Numbered from the stretch's first letter, positions 28,502-37,298 are shown. The stretch: DNA of 43,779 bases from a virus (IMGVR_UViG_2534681654_000010); one strand, 5' to 3'. Translations and numbers: made by a program. The notes: generated from the letters alone by a model not told the origin.

Positions 28502-29082
28502 CAGGCTTTACCCAACAGAATCCCCTTAATACGGGACTCAAGCTGTTCACTCATCCCGTCCACGCCGCGCAGCTCGTCGGTGACCGCGTTTGCCATCTCT
28601 TCAGCAAATGCGGCCCGGATTTCTTTTTCACGCTTAATGCTGCGCTCGGCGGCACTTTCCGCACGCTGTGCTGACAGGAGGATGTCTTTGATGAGGCGCA
28701 TATCCACGTCGCTGTCGCTGTTCAGAGATTCGGTCGCGGCACGCAGGCGGCGGTACATCAGGGCGCGGGACATTTCCAGAATCAGCGCTGTGGTTTCACC
28801 GGTCGGCTTGTCCCCCAGTTCGGCCATCATGGCTTTTGTCTGCTCGCGTAAATCACGCAGGTTACGGGCAATCAGCTCATTACGGGAGGCTTCCCGGCTG
28901 ATGGCCGCCGGTGAAAGCTGCTGCTCTTCCGGCAGGCCCGCCTCACGGATCAGACGGTTGATTTCCTCACGGATCTGGACCTGCGTCAGACGTTTTTCAC
29001 GCAGCATTTCCAGCAGCGGCTTACGGATGCTGTCGGGGAGCAAATCCACCTTGCGTACACGACCACGCGTCGGCTTGTCCAT
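28501..29082 (-). CDS. terminase small subunit-like protein (Mu gp27-like)
   Basis: 193-aa charged protein translationally coupled to the large subunit. Confidence 0.55.
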   Translation of the reverse strand: MDKPTRGRVRKVDLLPDSIRKPLLEMLREKRLTQVQIREEINRLIREAGLPEEQQLSPAAISREASRNELIARNLRDLREQTKAMMAELGDKPTGETTALILEMSRALMYRRLRAATESLNSDSDVDMRLIKDILLSAQRAESAAERSIKREKEIRAAFAEEMANAVTDELRGVDGMSEQLESRIKGILLGKA

Positions 29083-29084
29083 CG

Positions 29085-29375
29085 TTACCCCCTTGCGCGT
29101 GGTTTCTTCACACCCGGAACGCAGACCCGGCCTTCCGCCACATCCTGCCCACGACCGGTCAGTTCCGCGATGAAATAACCGTTAATCAGAACGCGTTTGC
29201 GCACCAGTCCCTGCTCGGCAAGCCAGGCAATGTGGGTGTGAACGGTGTCGCGGGACACGCGGTGGCCGTAATCATCCAGACAGTCCTGGAGCACGGATTC
29301 ACCCAGTTCACCGTTGTAATCTGCCAGCGACCGCAGAATGACCAGACGCTGATCTTCAGTAATGAAATCACTCAT
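29085..29375 (-). CDS. Mu gp26-like protein
   Basis: 96 aa in conserved position. Confidence 0.4.
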   Translation of the reverse strand: MSDFITEDQRLVILRSLADYNGELGESVLQDCLDDYGHRVSRDTVHTHIAWLAEQGLVRKRVLINGYFIAELTGRGQDVAEGRVCVPGVKKPRARG

Positions 29376-29680
29376 TGCGTTTTTTTCCTTACAGCCTGCT
29401 CCAGCAGCAGTTCGTTCTGATAGGAGACAGAGCGGAGCGTGGCGTTCGTGGTTTTCAGTTCACCCCGCAGGGTCACGATTTCCACATTCAGACGGTTGAC
29501 CTCGGCTTCTGTCGGCAGTGACGACAGGCGGGTTTCCACCTTCTCAACGCGGTCGGAGAGTTTTTCAAAGGCCTCGCGGGGGACAAACGTTTTGCGCATC
29601 AGCGCCATGAATATCCCGCCAGCGGTTGCCGTCGCCGAAAGGATCGGCACAACATAATCTTTAACGATGCTGACCCACAT
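29372..29680 (-). CDS. Mu gp25-like membrane / coiled-coil protein
   Basis: 102 aa with an N-terminal hydrophobic helix. Confidence 0.4.
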   Translation of the reverse strand: MWVSIVKDYVVPILSATATAGGIFMALMRKTFVPREAFEKLSDRVEKVETRLSSLPTEAEVNRLNVEIVTLRGELKTTNATLRSVSYQNELLLEQAVRKKTQ

Positions 29681-29888
29681 GACGGGCCTCCATGATGTTC
29701 TGGCAGTTCACACAACGGATGGCATCCGGCACAGCAACAAGACGTGCGGCGGGGATCTCTCCGCCACAGTCCGCGCAGACACGTCTGCCCGGCGTATCCA
29801 CTGCCTGGCGCTTACGTGTCAGCCGGTTACAAAGGGCGCGTTCTGATCCCCGCTCCATCACAGCCTGAGCACGATCTGAATCATCCAT
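29661..29888 (-). CDS. TraR/DksA-family C4 zinc-finger protein
   Basis: CADCGGEIPAARLVAVPDAIRCVNCQ four-Cys zinc finger. Confidence 0.65.
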   Translation of the reverse strand: MDDSDRAQAVMERGSERALCNRLTRKRQAVDTPGRRVCADCGGEIPAARLVAVPDAIRCVNCQNIMEARHVGQHR

Positions 29889-29897
29889 ACCTTTTCC

Positions 29898-30173
29898 TTA
29901 CTTCGTTTTTCCTGCCGGAACAGCAGGCGTTCCGGCCATATCAGTAAATTCATGTTGTCGCCGCGTCTCCAGACGACGAATACTGGCCTTGTCCACGTTG
30001 CAGTTCTTGATCACCGCCAGCAGTTGCAGGTTGTAAGTGACCGATGCCCCAAACGTGAACGGCTCCGGCGCAGGAGGGACCAGGCAGTCAGCCAGCCATT
30101 CAGCGGGGATCGGCACCGGCTTCACAGGCACGTATTTCACAGACGGCCCGGCGCACCCGATCAGCCACATCAT
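29898..30173 (-). CDS. o-spanin (Rz1-like outer-membrane lipoprotein)
   Basis: MMWLIGCAG… lipobox with Cys, Pro-rich; overlaps the 3' end of the i-spanin frame. Confidence 0.6.
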   Translation of the reverse strand: MMWLIGCAGPSVKYVPVKPVPIPAEWLADCLVPPAPEPFTFGASVTYNLQLLAVIKNCNVDKASIRRLETRRQHEFTDMAGTPAVPAGKTK

Positions 30174-30450
30174 CAGGAACAGGGGCAGAGGCCGCAGGCA
30201 CTGCTGCCAGCGACCGGCGGACAACGCTCTGCTGCCCCTCGCTGTGCTGAATGTTCTGTTGTTTTTCATTCGTGGCCGCCTCACTGATTTGTGAAATGAG
30301 TTGCAGGGTGTGCTGCTGATTTGCCAGCACCTGACGCGCCTCATCCCGCTCACGCACAAGCACCTGATTATTGTCTTCAAGGCGCTGCGTCTTCTGGTGC
30401 ATTCCCCATATAGCGGCAACCAGTACAGCGATAATCCCCAGCGCCGCCAT
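30100..30450 (-). CDS. i-spanin (Rz-like); start ambiguous (ATG at 30450 or 30600)
   Basis: N-terminal transmembrane helix (ALGIIAVLVAAIW) then a Gln/Arg-rich coiled-coil-like domain; downstream of endolysin with o-spanin overlapping its 3' end. Confidence 0.5.
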   Translation of the reverse strand: MAALGIIAVLVAAIWGMHQKTQRLEDNNQVLVRERDEARQVLANQQHTLQLISQISEAATNEKQQNIQHSEGQQSVVRRSLAAVPAASAPVPDDVADRVRRAVCEIRACEAGADPR

Positions 30451-30562
30451 GCACGCCCCGGCAATCAGGGCCGGTAAGGCATTATTCACCGCAGCCACAG
30501 GACACCCCGTAACAGCAGTACCGCACACAGCAGCGCTATCATGAGCGGTCGCCAGAAGCGGT

Positions 30563-31063
30563 TCAGACTTTCGGCAAGTCGTAGCGACATAACCATTCAT
30601 CCGCCGAACGGCGGGCCTCAAGGCCGGGGAGTTTCACCCCCTTTGAATAAATCCAGCGGATATACTGCTTACAGGACGCGGGCATCTGCCCGGCATTGAT
30701 CAGGCGCAGAAGCGTGGAGTTGCGAAAGTTCGTTTCACCGGCCCAGAAGATCCACGAAGCCAGCGCCACCGTCTGACCACGGGTAAGCGGCACCTGAACA
30801 CGCCGATCAATGGCCGCAAAGGCCCATTTCATGTCCTTTTCCAGTAGTTCCAGGCATTCTTCATCTGTCAGGGTCATACCCGGTTTCACATCCGGGCCGG
30901 TATGGCCGTAACAGATGGTGGGTGTACCGGTGGGATCGATATACGTGGAGTTTTCTTTCCCTTCCCAGTAACCGGTGTAATGCGTGGCAATCGTGAACGT
31001 CCCGGCACCGGCCAGAACAAGGGCAATCAGCTTTTTACGCAGTGGTGCGGGGAGTTTTGGCAT
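30563..31063 (-). CDS. lys: SAR endolysin (lysozyme-type)
   Basis: N-terminal signal-anchor-release-like helix (KKLIALVLAGAGTFTIA) followed by a lysozyme-like domain (YWEG…CYGHTG…NFRNSTLLRLIN…) resembling phage P21 R-type SAR endolysins. Confidence 0.8.
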   Translation of the reverse strand: MPKLPAPLRKKLIALVLAGAGTFTIATHYTGYWEGKENSTYIDPTGTPTICYGHTGPDVKPGMTLTDEECLELLEKDMKWAFAAIDRRVQVPLTRGQTVALASWIFWAGETNFRNSTLLRLINAGQMPASCKQYIRWIYSKGVKLPGLEARRSADEWLCRYDLPKV

Positions 31064-31134
31064 TGTTACGCTGTCTCATGATGTTCTCTGAGTCAGCGTA
31101 ACGGTGAAGGAGAGGCGGCAGGCTTTGCGGAATA

Positions 31135-31560
31135 TCAGAAAAGTGGCGGTTGCGTTCTTGCCAGATGCAGACGGCGCTGTTCGCGTATGACGGTATAAAT
31201 CTGGGTTTCTGACATCCGGTAATGGCGGCGAAGGGATTCAATTTTCTCGCCCCGGTCCCAGCGCGAAAATATCTCATTGTTTCGCAGCTCGGCAAAGAGA
31301 GATTCCCCGACCGGCAGGTAATAACCCCGTCCGCCCATATAGGCTGCCTGAGCCGCAGCCACCTTGCGTGCCAGTTTACCGGCCAGTACCGGCTCAATCC
31401 CCTGACGCTGAAGTTCTGCGCCGGTGACTTCAACCAGTTCTGACAGGGTCCGCGGCCAGTTCTTTTTGAGAACATCATCAGGGATGTCATCAAGGCGGTC
31501 GATAAGGGCGTGCAGTTGCTCACTGTCACCACCAAACATGCTCATCTGAGTTTCTGCCAT
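31135..31560 (-). CDS. Mor/C-family transcriptional activator (middle/late gene activator)
   Basis: 141 aa with the Mor/C-family pattern (…LIDRLDDIPDDVLKKNWPRT…IYTVIREQRRLH…); the only family member seen between gemA and lys. Confidence 0.7.
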   Translation of the reverse strand: MAETQMSMFGGDSEQLHALIDRLDDIPDDVLKKNWPRTLSELVEVTGAELQRQGIEPVLAGKLARKVAAAQAAYMGGRGYYLPVGESLFAELRNNEIFSRWDRGEKIESLRRHYRMSETQIYTVIREQRRLHLARTQPPLF

Positions 31561-31629
31561 ATCAGCCTCCGGTTCTCGCGTTCCCGGTAAGTTTAAAATA
31601 AAAATCCCGCGTTGTGGCGGGATTTGGGG

Positions 31630-32139
31630 TTAACGGGGAAGTGATTTTTCATACTGCCTGCAAACGGCGTCATACCCCATCAGCGTGCGTTCGGGCATTC
31701 CCATCGCGGCCAGCATTTTGCGGCGGTGCCATCGCTTGAGACGCTCCAGCACATCTGAGGCCAGGGCGGGGTGTTGCTCCAGCCACTGCCAGTTTGCCAC
31801 ACCTTCGCCGCCGTTCTGCGCGGCCGTCTGCGATTTCACCCAGCGGTTAAGGGCGGTTTCCGCACCATCGGTGATAAAGCCCTGCCGGTGCATCACCTTC
31901 CAGATGGCGCGAATTTTGGCGGTCACCGTACCCGGTTTTAAGGCCCGGTTAACCGGGTTCTGACGCACTTTAAAACCGCGTTTTTTGAAAACATCCAGCA
32001 CGCGGGATAACTCATCCGGTGACATATCCCGGCAGCTGGTTTTGCCGGTGGCTGCCAGCAGCGCGGATGTATAAGTCTCATCATCCAGGGCAAGCTCGCG
32101 CTTTGCCACATGAATGGCGGATATCAGTTTTCCTCTCAT
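31630..32139 (-). CDS. gemA: GemA-like regulatory protein
   Basis: 169 aa adjacent to the Mor/C-family gene, as in Mu. Confidence 0.6.
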   Translation of the reverse strand: MRGKLISAIHVAKRELALDDETYTSALLAATGKTSCRDMSPDELSRVLDVFKKRGFKVRQNPVNRALKPGTVTAKIRAIWKVMHRQGFITDGAETALNRWVKSQTAAQNGGEGVANWQWLEQHPALASDVLERLKRWHRRKMLAAMGMPERTLMGYDAVCRQYEKSLPR

Positions 32140-32432
32140 ACCGTATTTACCTTTTTACGGACATGGAAAGCCTTTTCTGCCTCATCCCACCGGGCATGGT
32201 GTGTTGGTGGAATAATCATTATGTGCCAGCCATCTCTGGTTGTTATCCGGCAGAAAAACTCACCGCTATATAACACAATGGCCTGCTGAATGAGCGCATC
32301 AGCCGCCCGTTCAACCGGATGTCTTTTATCAAAAAAGCAGATGATTTTTCGACATAACCACCGGGTAATAACAAATGCGCCGAAAAAGGATGTGATATAT
32401 AAGCACCAGAACAACAGAGAACTATTGTCCAT
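32136..32432 (-). CDS. hypothetical membrane protein (early region)
   Basis: 98 aa, hydrophobic N-terminus; coupled to gemA. Confidence 0.4.
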   Translation of the reverse strand: MDNSSLLFWCLYITSFFGAFVITRWLCRKIICFFDKRHPVERAADALIQQAIVLYSGEFFCRITTRDGWHIMIIPPTHHARWDEAEKAFHVRKKVNTV

Positions 32433-32619
32433 TATCTTTCTCCTTATTCACTCTTCTGCGGCATTCGGCACAGTCATCAGGGCTTTCAAATGTATCCGGC
32501 TCGCGATTATGAGCCAGATATAACCACCGTCCACATATACTGATATTTTCGCCTGTTTTAAAAAAATGATGCTTCCTGGCCATTAGTGGCCGCGCCCATC
32601 CAGCGGGTAGACTATTCAT
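32422..32619 (-). CDS. hypothetical small Cys-containing protein
   Basis: 65 aa with CGRW…CAECRRR; AT-rich islet. Confidence 0.35.
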   Translation of the reverse strand: MNSLPAGWARPLMARKHHFFKTGENISICGRWLYLAHNREPDTFESPDDCAECRRRVNKEKDNGQ

Positions 32620-32986
32620 TTGCTTTATCCTCCATGCTGGACAGAATCATATGTATTAATGTCGGGCGTGGAGATATACGCATTTCATTAAGCGTCTGAA
32701 GGGCAGCAACAGCTGCCTGTTTATCGGTGCCTTTGGCAATTTCAGCAAGAGAATGCACAATCCATAACGGACTTAACGCCACGGCTGAATCCAGAATCAT
32801 GTCATCCATAATAATTTCTGGCATATCCCGTTTGTCACATTCTTTATCCATAAAAGAAACGATTTTTTCTGCATCTTCCGGTTTCATGCCTCCGGCGATG
32901 AGAATTTTACGATATTCATAAGACGATCTTAATTCAATACTCATATTCATCTCCTGTAACTCTGACAAGGTCGTGATTTTTCTCAT
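32612..32986 (-). CDS. hypothetical protein (early region)
   Basis: 124-aa ORF, overlapped with neighbours; no family recognised. Confidence 0.4.
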   Translation of the reverse strand: MRKITTLSELQEMNMSIELRSSYEYRKILIAGGMKPEDAEKIVSFMDKECDKRDMPEIIMDDMILDSAVALSPLWIVHSLAEIAKGTDKQAAVAALQTLNEMRISPRPTLIHMILSSMEDKANE

Positions 32987-33168
32987 TTATGTTTTCCAGT
33001 AATACGGATATATATGTCGATAAGAAGATTCATAATAAACAGGAAGAGCGACATCCTGATAAAGAACCATATATCCGGCATCATGGACAGATTTCCTGTA
33101 ACCGCAAATATAAAACCAACCCCCCACACAGGAACGATAATTGCGAAAAAAACAAGTCTCCTTATCAT
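32983..33168 (-). CDS. hypothetical small two-helix membrane protein
   Basis: 61 aa, very hydrophobic; AT-rich. Confidence 0.4.
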   Translation of the reverse strand: MIRRLVFFAIIVPVWGVGFIFAVTGNLSMMPDIWFFIRMSLFLFIMNLLIDIYIRITGKHK

Positions 33169-33716
33169 GTCGTTAACTCCCGTAATACAACATCTTCGGC
33201 AGTCCGACGACGGTGATAAATAAAACTCACCGTGCCCTCGGATAATTCAAATTTCTCGCCGATTTCCCTAAAGGTAAGACGCCGTGGTGATTCAGCATCC
33301 CGTAATTCACGAATAAGATGAACATCATCGTCAGGTATGCGGGTAAAAGGCAGTAATTCTCCGTATTTTTTCATGCTTACGCCAATATATCGCGCCCGAT
33401 TGTGGACAGAATCCCGGTCTCGCCCCAGATATTCTCCTATTTGCTTACCGGTCATCGTCCTGGCATTTTTTCGGATAAATTTATCTTCATCAGGTTTAAA
33501 TCTGAGGCGTTTGCATTTGAGCAACTCCGGGTAAGTACCGCGTAATAAAACAATCCGGTTATGTACACCCCAGAAACTTCTTTTTATCCTGACAGCAATA
33601 TCCTTAACCGGGGTGGATGGATAAAGCGCAATCAGCAGCGCATCTTCTTCAGGTGTCCATGCGCGAACATGAGCGGGTGCACGGCCTTTTCTCCCCATGG
33701 GTTGTAATTTCATCAT
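33165..33716 (-). CDS. hypothetical DNA-binding protein with Myb/SANT-like and HTH-like repeats
   Basis: 183 aa; WTPEEDALLIALY resembles a Myb/SANT helix; two further HTH-like segments. Confidence 0.45.
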   Translation of the reverse strand: MMKLQPMGRKGRAPAHVRAWTPEEDALLIALYPSTPVKDIAVRIKRSFWGVHNRIVLLRGTYPELLKCKRLRFKPDEDKFIRKNARTMTGKQIGEYLGRDRDSVHNRARYIGVSMKKYGELLPFTRIPDDDVHLIRELRDAESPRRLTFREIGEKFELSEGTVSFIYHRRRTAEDVVLRELTT

Positions 33717-33719
33717 GCA

Positions 33720-34235
33720 TCACCCCCCGACTCGCTTTTCGGCAGCATAAAACTCATCAGACAGAATTTCGGTCATTTTCCGTTTTGCGGAATCATCTTC
33801 GCACTGAAGGTAAATAACATCGTCAACGCAGAACCACTTCACGGGACCATGCAATATTGCTGAGAAGTCAATACCCAGCCAGAACAACAGTGCATCGGTT
33901 CTGGCATACGTGACGGGCGAATATTCACGCCACAGACTGTTAAGTTCGTCAGAGGCAACGCGCAGGGCTTTGGGAATACGTGATGTGCGCGGTGTGCAGC
34001 TCCAGCCATTCGACGCAGTCGGTTTTCGCCATAAGTCGCGATGAAAAGGATATTTGTCATCCATAAAGCGCAGCCCTTTAAAACAAAAGCCACTGATACC
34101 GGATACAAATACCGACCGGCACGCAACATTCAGCACGGCCTCAAGGCGTTTTGCCTCATCCTTAACTTTCTGGCAGTCCTGCTGATATTTTTGCCACGCG
34201 GCCAGCGCGGAAGGGTTTGATGTTTTAAAGAACAT
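33720..34235 (-). CDS. hypothetical protein (early region)
   Basis: 171-aa ORF, tight spacing with neighbours. Confidence 0.45.
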   Translation of the reverse strand: MFFKTSNPSALAAWQKYQQDCQKVKDEAKRLEAVLNVACRSVFVSGISGFCFKGLRFMDDKYPFHRDLWRKPTASNGWSCTPRTSRIPKALRVASDELNSLWREYSPVTYARTDALLFWLGIDFSAILHGPVKWFCVDDVIYLQCEDDSAKRKMTEILSDEFYAAEKRVGG

Positions 34236-34768
34236 TACGCCACCTCCGCAGATATCCCGGCAGGTGCAGCCGTCCGGTCAACAATCAGGTAACGCAGAAC
34301 ATGTTCGGTGATATTCCAGCCGCTTAAACCGCAGATAATGACACCCAGGCGAATGTCGATATACGCCATCACAAACTGGGGCACGCCTTCTTTCATGGCC
34401 TGCTCATCAACTTCAACCACCACATAAACGGTTTCGCAGGTCAGTACGCCCTGAGCAAATTCCCACGCCATCGACGGAATATCATGCCCCTCAATCCACG
34501 GCAGGGATTTTCTGAAGCTGCACCACTGAACATCATCAGCCGCACCTTCCTGGCTGCATTTGCGACGAACCGGCTGCACCGGGCGGGGACGCGGAATATC
34601 ATAAAAACCGTTACATTCCGTCAGCACCCCGGCATCGACCGCATCACGCAAAAAATAAACCATCGAGGATGGCGGCATATTCATTTTTTCAGCCAGAATG
34701 CCGCAGGTCAGACGCCCGTAAATACTCAGCCAGTTTTTAACCCCTTCAAGCACTTTTGCATCAATCAT
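34235..34768 (-). CDS. hypothetical protein, possible N-terminal winged-helix
   Basis: 177-aa ORF sharing a stop/start junction with the next gene. Confidence 0.45.
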   Translation of the reverse strand: MIDAKVLEGVKNWLSIYGRLTCGILAEKMNMPPSSMVYFLRDAVDAGVLTECNGFYDIPRPRPVQPVRRKCSQEGAADDVQWCSFRKSLPWIEGHDIPSMAWEFAQGVLTCETVYVVVEVDEQAMKEGVPQFVMAYIDIRLGVIICGLSGWNITEHVLRYLIVDRTAAPAGISAEVA

Positions 34769-34771
34769 GAA

Positions 34772-35314
34772 TTATTCCTCCGTCAGCGCCACATATTCAG
34801 AATGTTTAATTTCCTGGCATTCTTCAGGAATACACCCTTTTATTTCCCTGCCATAAGCGCCTACTTTAAACACCACGCACAGGGCATCACGGGAGAGCGA
34901 CGGGGTCCACCAGGAGTCCGTGTTAAACATGGAGGGGATTCTCATTACCCCCAGCTTTTCACAGAGCCAGACAAGGAAATCAGGACGCTTTCTTAACTCA
35001 CGTTCAGCGGTTTCAATCATTGCGGCAATCGCCGGACCTTCAGGGCATGACTCATCAGGTCTGGCAATAAAGCACGGTCCGTCCCCGATAAAAGCCACAT
35101 CATCGCGCTTACGCCAGCCCGCAGGCAGAGCACCAGAAAAATAAAACTCACTGATTACGTCCATGGCAAACGGCTTTAAGCGCAATCCGGCAGCGCCTGT
35201 ATTTTTCAGTAATGCCCGAAGAATACTGTTGCGTAGCGGTAAAACAGTCTGTTGATATTTGGTGAAATATTTATTTGTCTGCACACGGTCTAATTTGAAA
35301 TAAAAATATGCCAT
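34772..35314 (-). CDS. hypothetical protein (early region)
   Basis: 180-aa ORF downstream of gam. Confidence 0.45.
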   Translation of the reverse strand: MAYFYFKLDRVQTNKYFTKYQQTVLPLRNSILRALLKNTGAAGLRLKPFAMDVISEFYFSGALPAGWRKRDDVAFIGDGPCFIARPDESCPEGPAIAAMIETAERELRKRPDFLVWLCEKLGVMRIPSMFNTDSWWTPSLSRDALCVVFKVGAYGREIKGCIPEECQEIKHSEYVALTEE

Positions 35315-35411
35315 ATATCCTGTTCCTTATTTTCAGTTTACAGGCGCAGGCAGTCCCCTGACGCGAGCGCCATAATTAAAACGAAGTGATATTTAATTGA
35401 TTAATGCGGTG

Positions 35412-35942
35412 TTATTTATTCAGTCCGGCGTCCTGTTCAAAAGGCTCGACATAAAAACTTTCAGCGCCTTTATTCACCTTAATACCGGCAATCCCTTTCA
35501 CCGCATCCGGCTCCGCCAGGACCGCTTCCTTGTTCACTTCCTCTTTCGTGCGGATAAAACGCTCAAGGCCCATACGGCGCAGCATTTCAATCACACCTTC
35601 CACATCACGACTGACGCTGCATGATGGATTCCCCAGTCGCCATGACACCGTTCCGGTGGTCAGATTGGCAGTTTTGGTTTTGCCGCCGTTCGTCAGCTCA
35701 TCACGGTTGGTTTTGCACCAGTCCTGAATCCCCTTAAAAAGCACTTTGATTTCTTTTTTAAGGTTTTCAATCTGCGGCGTATAACGGGCGGTGATTTCTG
35801 CCACTTCATCATTCATCGCTGTTTCCAGGCGCAGCGCCTCTCGCTGAATATCGCCCAGGGTGCGGATATCGCGGCTGACCTCTTCACGGGTCTGCGGTGC
35901 CGCCTCTGCTGCGGCCTTTAATTTTGTAACGCGTTTTGCCAT
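35412..35942 (-). CDS. gam: Gam host-nuclease inhibitor (Ku-like DNA end-binding protein)
   Basis: 176-aa product MAKRVTKLKAAAEAAPQTREEVSRDIRTLGDIQREALRLETAMNDEVAEITARY… resembles Mu Gam. Confidence 0.75.
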   Translation of the reverse strand: MAKRVTKLKAAAEAAPQTREEVSRDIRTLGDIQREALRLETAMNDEVAEITARYTPQIENLKKEIKVLFKGIQDWCKTNRDELTNGGKTKTANLTTGTVSWRLGNPSCSVSRDVEGVIEMLRRMGLERFIRTKEEVNKEAVLAEPDAVKGIAGIKVNKGAESFYVEPFEQDAGLNK

Positions 35943-35953
35943 TTTGTTTTTCC

Positions 35954-36247
35954 TTATTGCAGTGTGCCTGATGCTTTATGCACGCGGTGGCGTTTAATGA
36001 TGGCATCCGCCCCAAAAGCCTGTACAGATGCCTGAAATTCCGCTGAGAGAAACTGAATAATTTCAGGGCTGTGATACTGGAGAATACTTGCATAAACGTC
36101 ACAGAGTGACGTCGGCCTGTTATTCGTATCACGTTCTGTTTTTACATCCACACCAATCTTTTCATGCACTTCAACACAGTCATTGCCTGCCGGTTTTTCG
36201 TCATGCGAAACATGCTTAAATTCAAAAATAACGCGTACTTTGCTCAT
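35954..36247 (-). CDS. hypothetical small protein, paralogue of the adjacent ORF
   Basis: Begins MSKVRVIFEFKHV…; the upstream neighbour begins MSKVVRIIFEYKEHV…. Confidence 0.45.
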   Translation of the reverse strand: MSKVRVIFEFKHVSHDEKPAGNDCVEVHEKIGVDVKTERDTNNRPTSLCDVYASILQYHSPEIIQFLSAEFQASVQAFGADAIIKRHRVHKASGTLQ

Positions 36248-36251
36248 GGAA

Positions 36252-36524
36252 TTACCCCTGCTGATTAAATTCATTACCTTTAATAACCCCGGAACGCATG
36301 CTCATATCTTTCATGAGCGCACTGGCTTTCATTGCCACAAGTTCAGCAAAGTCTCTGCTTTCCGCGAGCATAACCACCCCAAAAATCATGGCGGGTCCAT
36401 CACCTTTCTGCTTTATCCCGGTTGAACGTATGTCCAGACTTACCCCCATGCGCACTGTTCCATCAGCGTTTTTATGGATAACGTGCTCCTTGTATTCGAA
36501 AATAATGCGTACGACTTTACTCAC
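36252..36524 (-). CDS. hypothetical small protein, paralogue of the adjacent ORF
   Basis: 90 aa; shared N-terminal motif with 35954-36247. Confidence 0.45.
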   Translation of the reverse strand: MSKVVRIIFEYKEHVIHKNADGTVRMGVSLDIRSTGIKQKGDGPAMIFGVVMLAESRDFAELVAMKASALMKDMSMRSGVIKGNEFNQQG

Positions 36525-36802
36525 CCTCTGGTCCTCGTTCTGTTTGGATAACTGACCCGGCGTCTGACCTCACGGCAGAACCGAATCATGGCATTAAAGG
36601 CTTCTTCCTCCGTCACCGCTTCCGGTATCCCCGGAACCAGTAACTGCTCCTGTTCATCACGTCCATGACGCGCCATAACCTCAATCACATGCCGTACCGT
36701 GGCAGGCTTTCCGGCAACTATCGGCAATGCACCTTCCGGCAGGACGTAACCAAACTCAATAAGACCACTCGACCACGCCCATGCAATGAGATTTTTTTTC
36801 AC
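36521..36802 (-). CDS. hypothetical early protein
   Basis: 93-aa ORF in an overlapped operon downstream of B. Confidence 0.4.
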   Translation of the reverse strand: MKKNLIAWAWSSGLIEFGYVLPEGALPIVAGKPATVRHVIEVMARHGRDEQEQLLVPGIPEAVTEEEAFNAMIRFCREVRRRVSYPNRTRTRG

Positions 36803-36803
36803 C

Positions 36804-37070
36804 TCACACCTCCCAGTAAACCGTGCAGCCGCTGATGCGGGTGGCCTTCACACGGCGGCGCAGGCCGTTGGTCTGTATGGTGATTTCAATTTCACCGGTT
36901 CCCTGCACGTTGCCTACCGGCGGCGTGGTTTTCAGTGCAAAACGTTGTGGGTAGCGCTTACTGCGTTCCAGTACCGCACCGGCAAGTTCGGTCAGACGGC
37001 GCGCGCTGTTCAGGGAGTCGAATAAATTCATTTTGTTACCGCAGGATTGCATATTCATATAACACCTCAT
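36804..37070 (-). CDS. hypothetical early protein
   Basis: 88-aa ORF; start uncertain. Confidence 0.35.
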   Translation of the reverse strand: MRCYMNMQSCGNKMNLFDSLNSARRLTELAGAVLERSKRYPQRFALKTTPPVGNVQGTGEIEITIQTNGLRRRVKATRISGCTVYWEV

Positions 37071-37298
37071 TTAGCTGACTTGTTTCGCACCAACAGAACG
37101 GCATATTCCGCTGTAAACGTCTGTCGCACCTTCGCGATCAAGTCCGGCAGATATCACCATTCGTGTGCGGTCATTAAATTCAAAAAGTAAATCGCCACAT
37201 TCTTTATTTTCGGCCAGTGAAATCACCTTCACGTTATCGAAATTAACCAGGTAAAAGCGTCCGTAAATATCAGGAATATAAAATACCGCCATAATCAC
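37071..37298 (-). CDS. hypothetical early protein in the position of Mu kil
   Basis: 75-aa ORF immediately downstream of B; call by position only. Confidence 0.35.
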   Translation of the reverse strand: MIMAVFYIPDIYGRFYLVNFDNVKVISLAENKECGDLLFEFNDRTRMVISAGLDREGATDVYSGICRSVGAKQVS

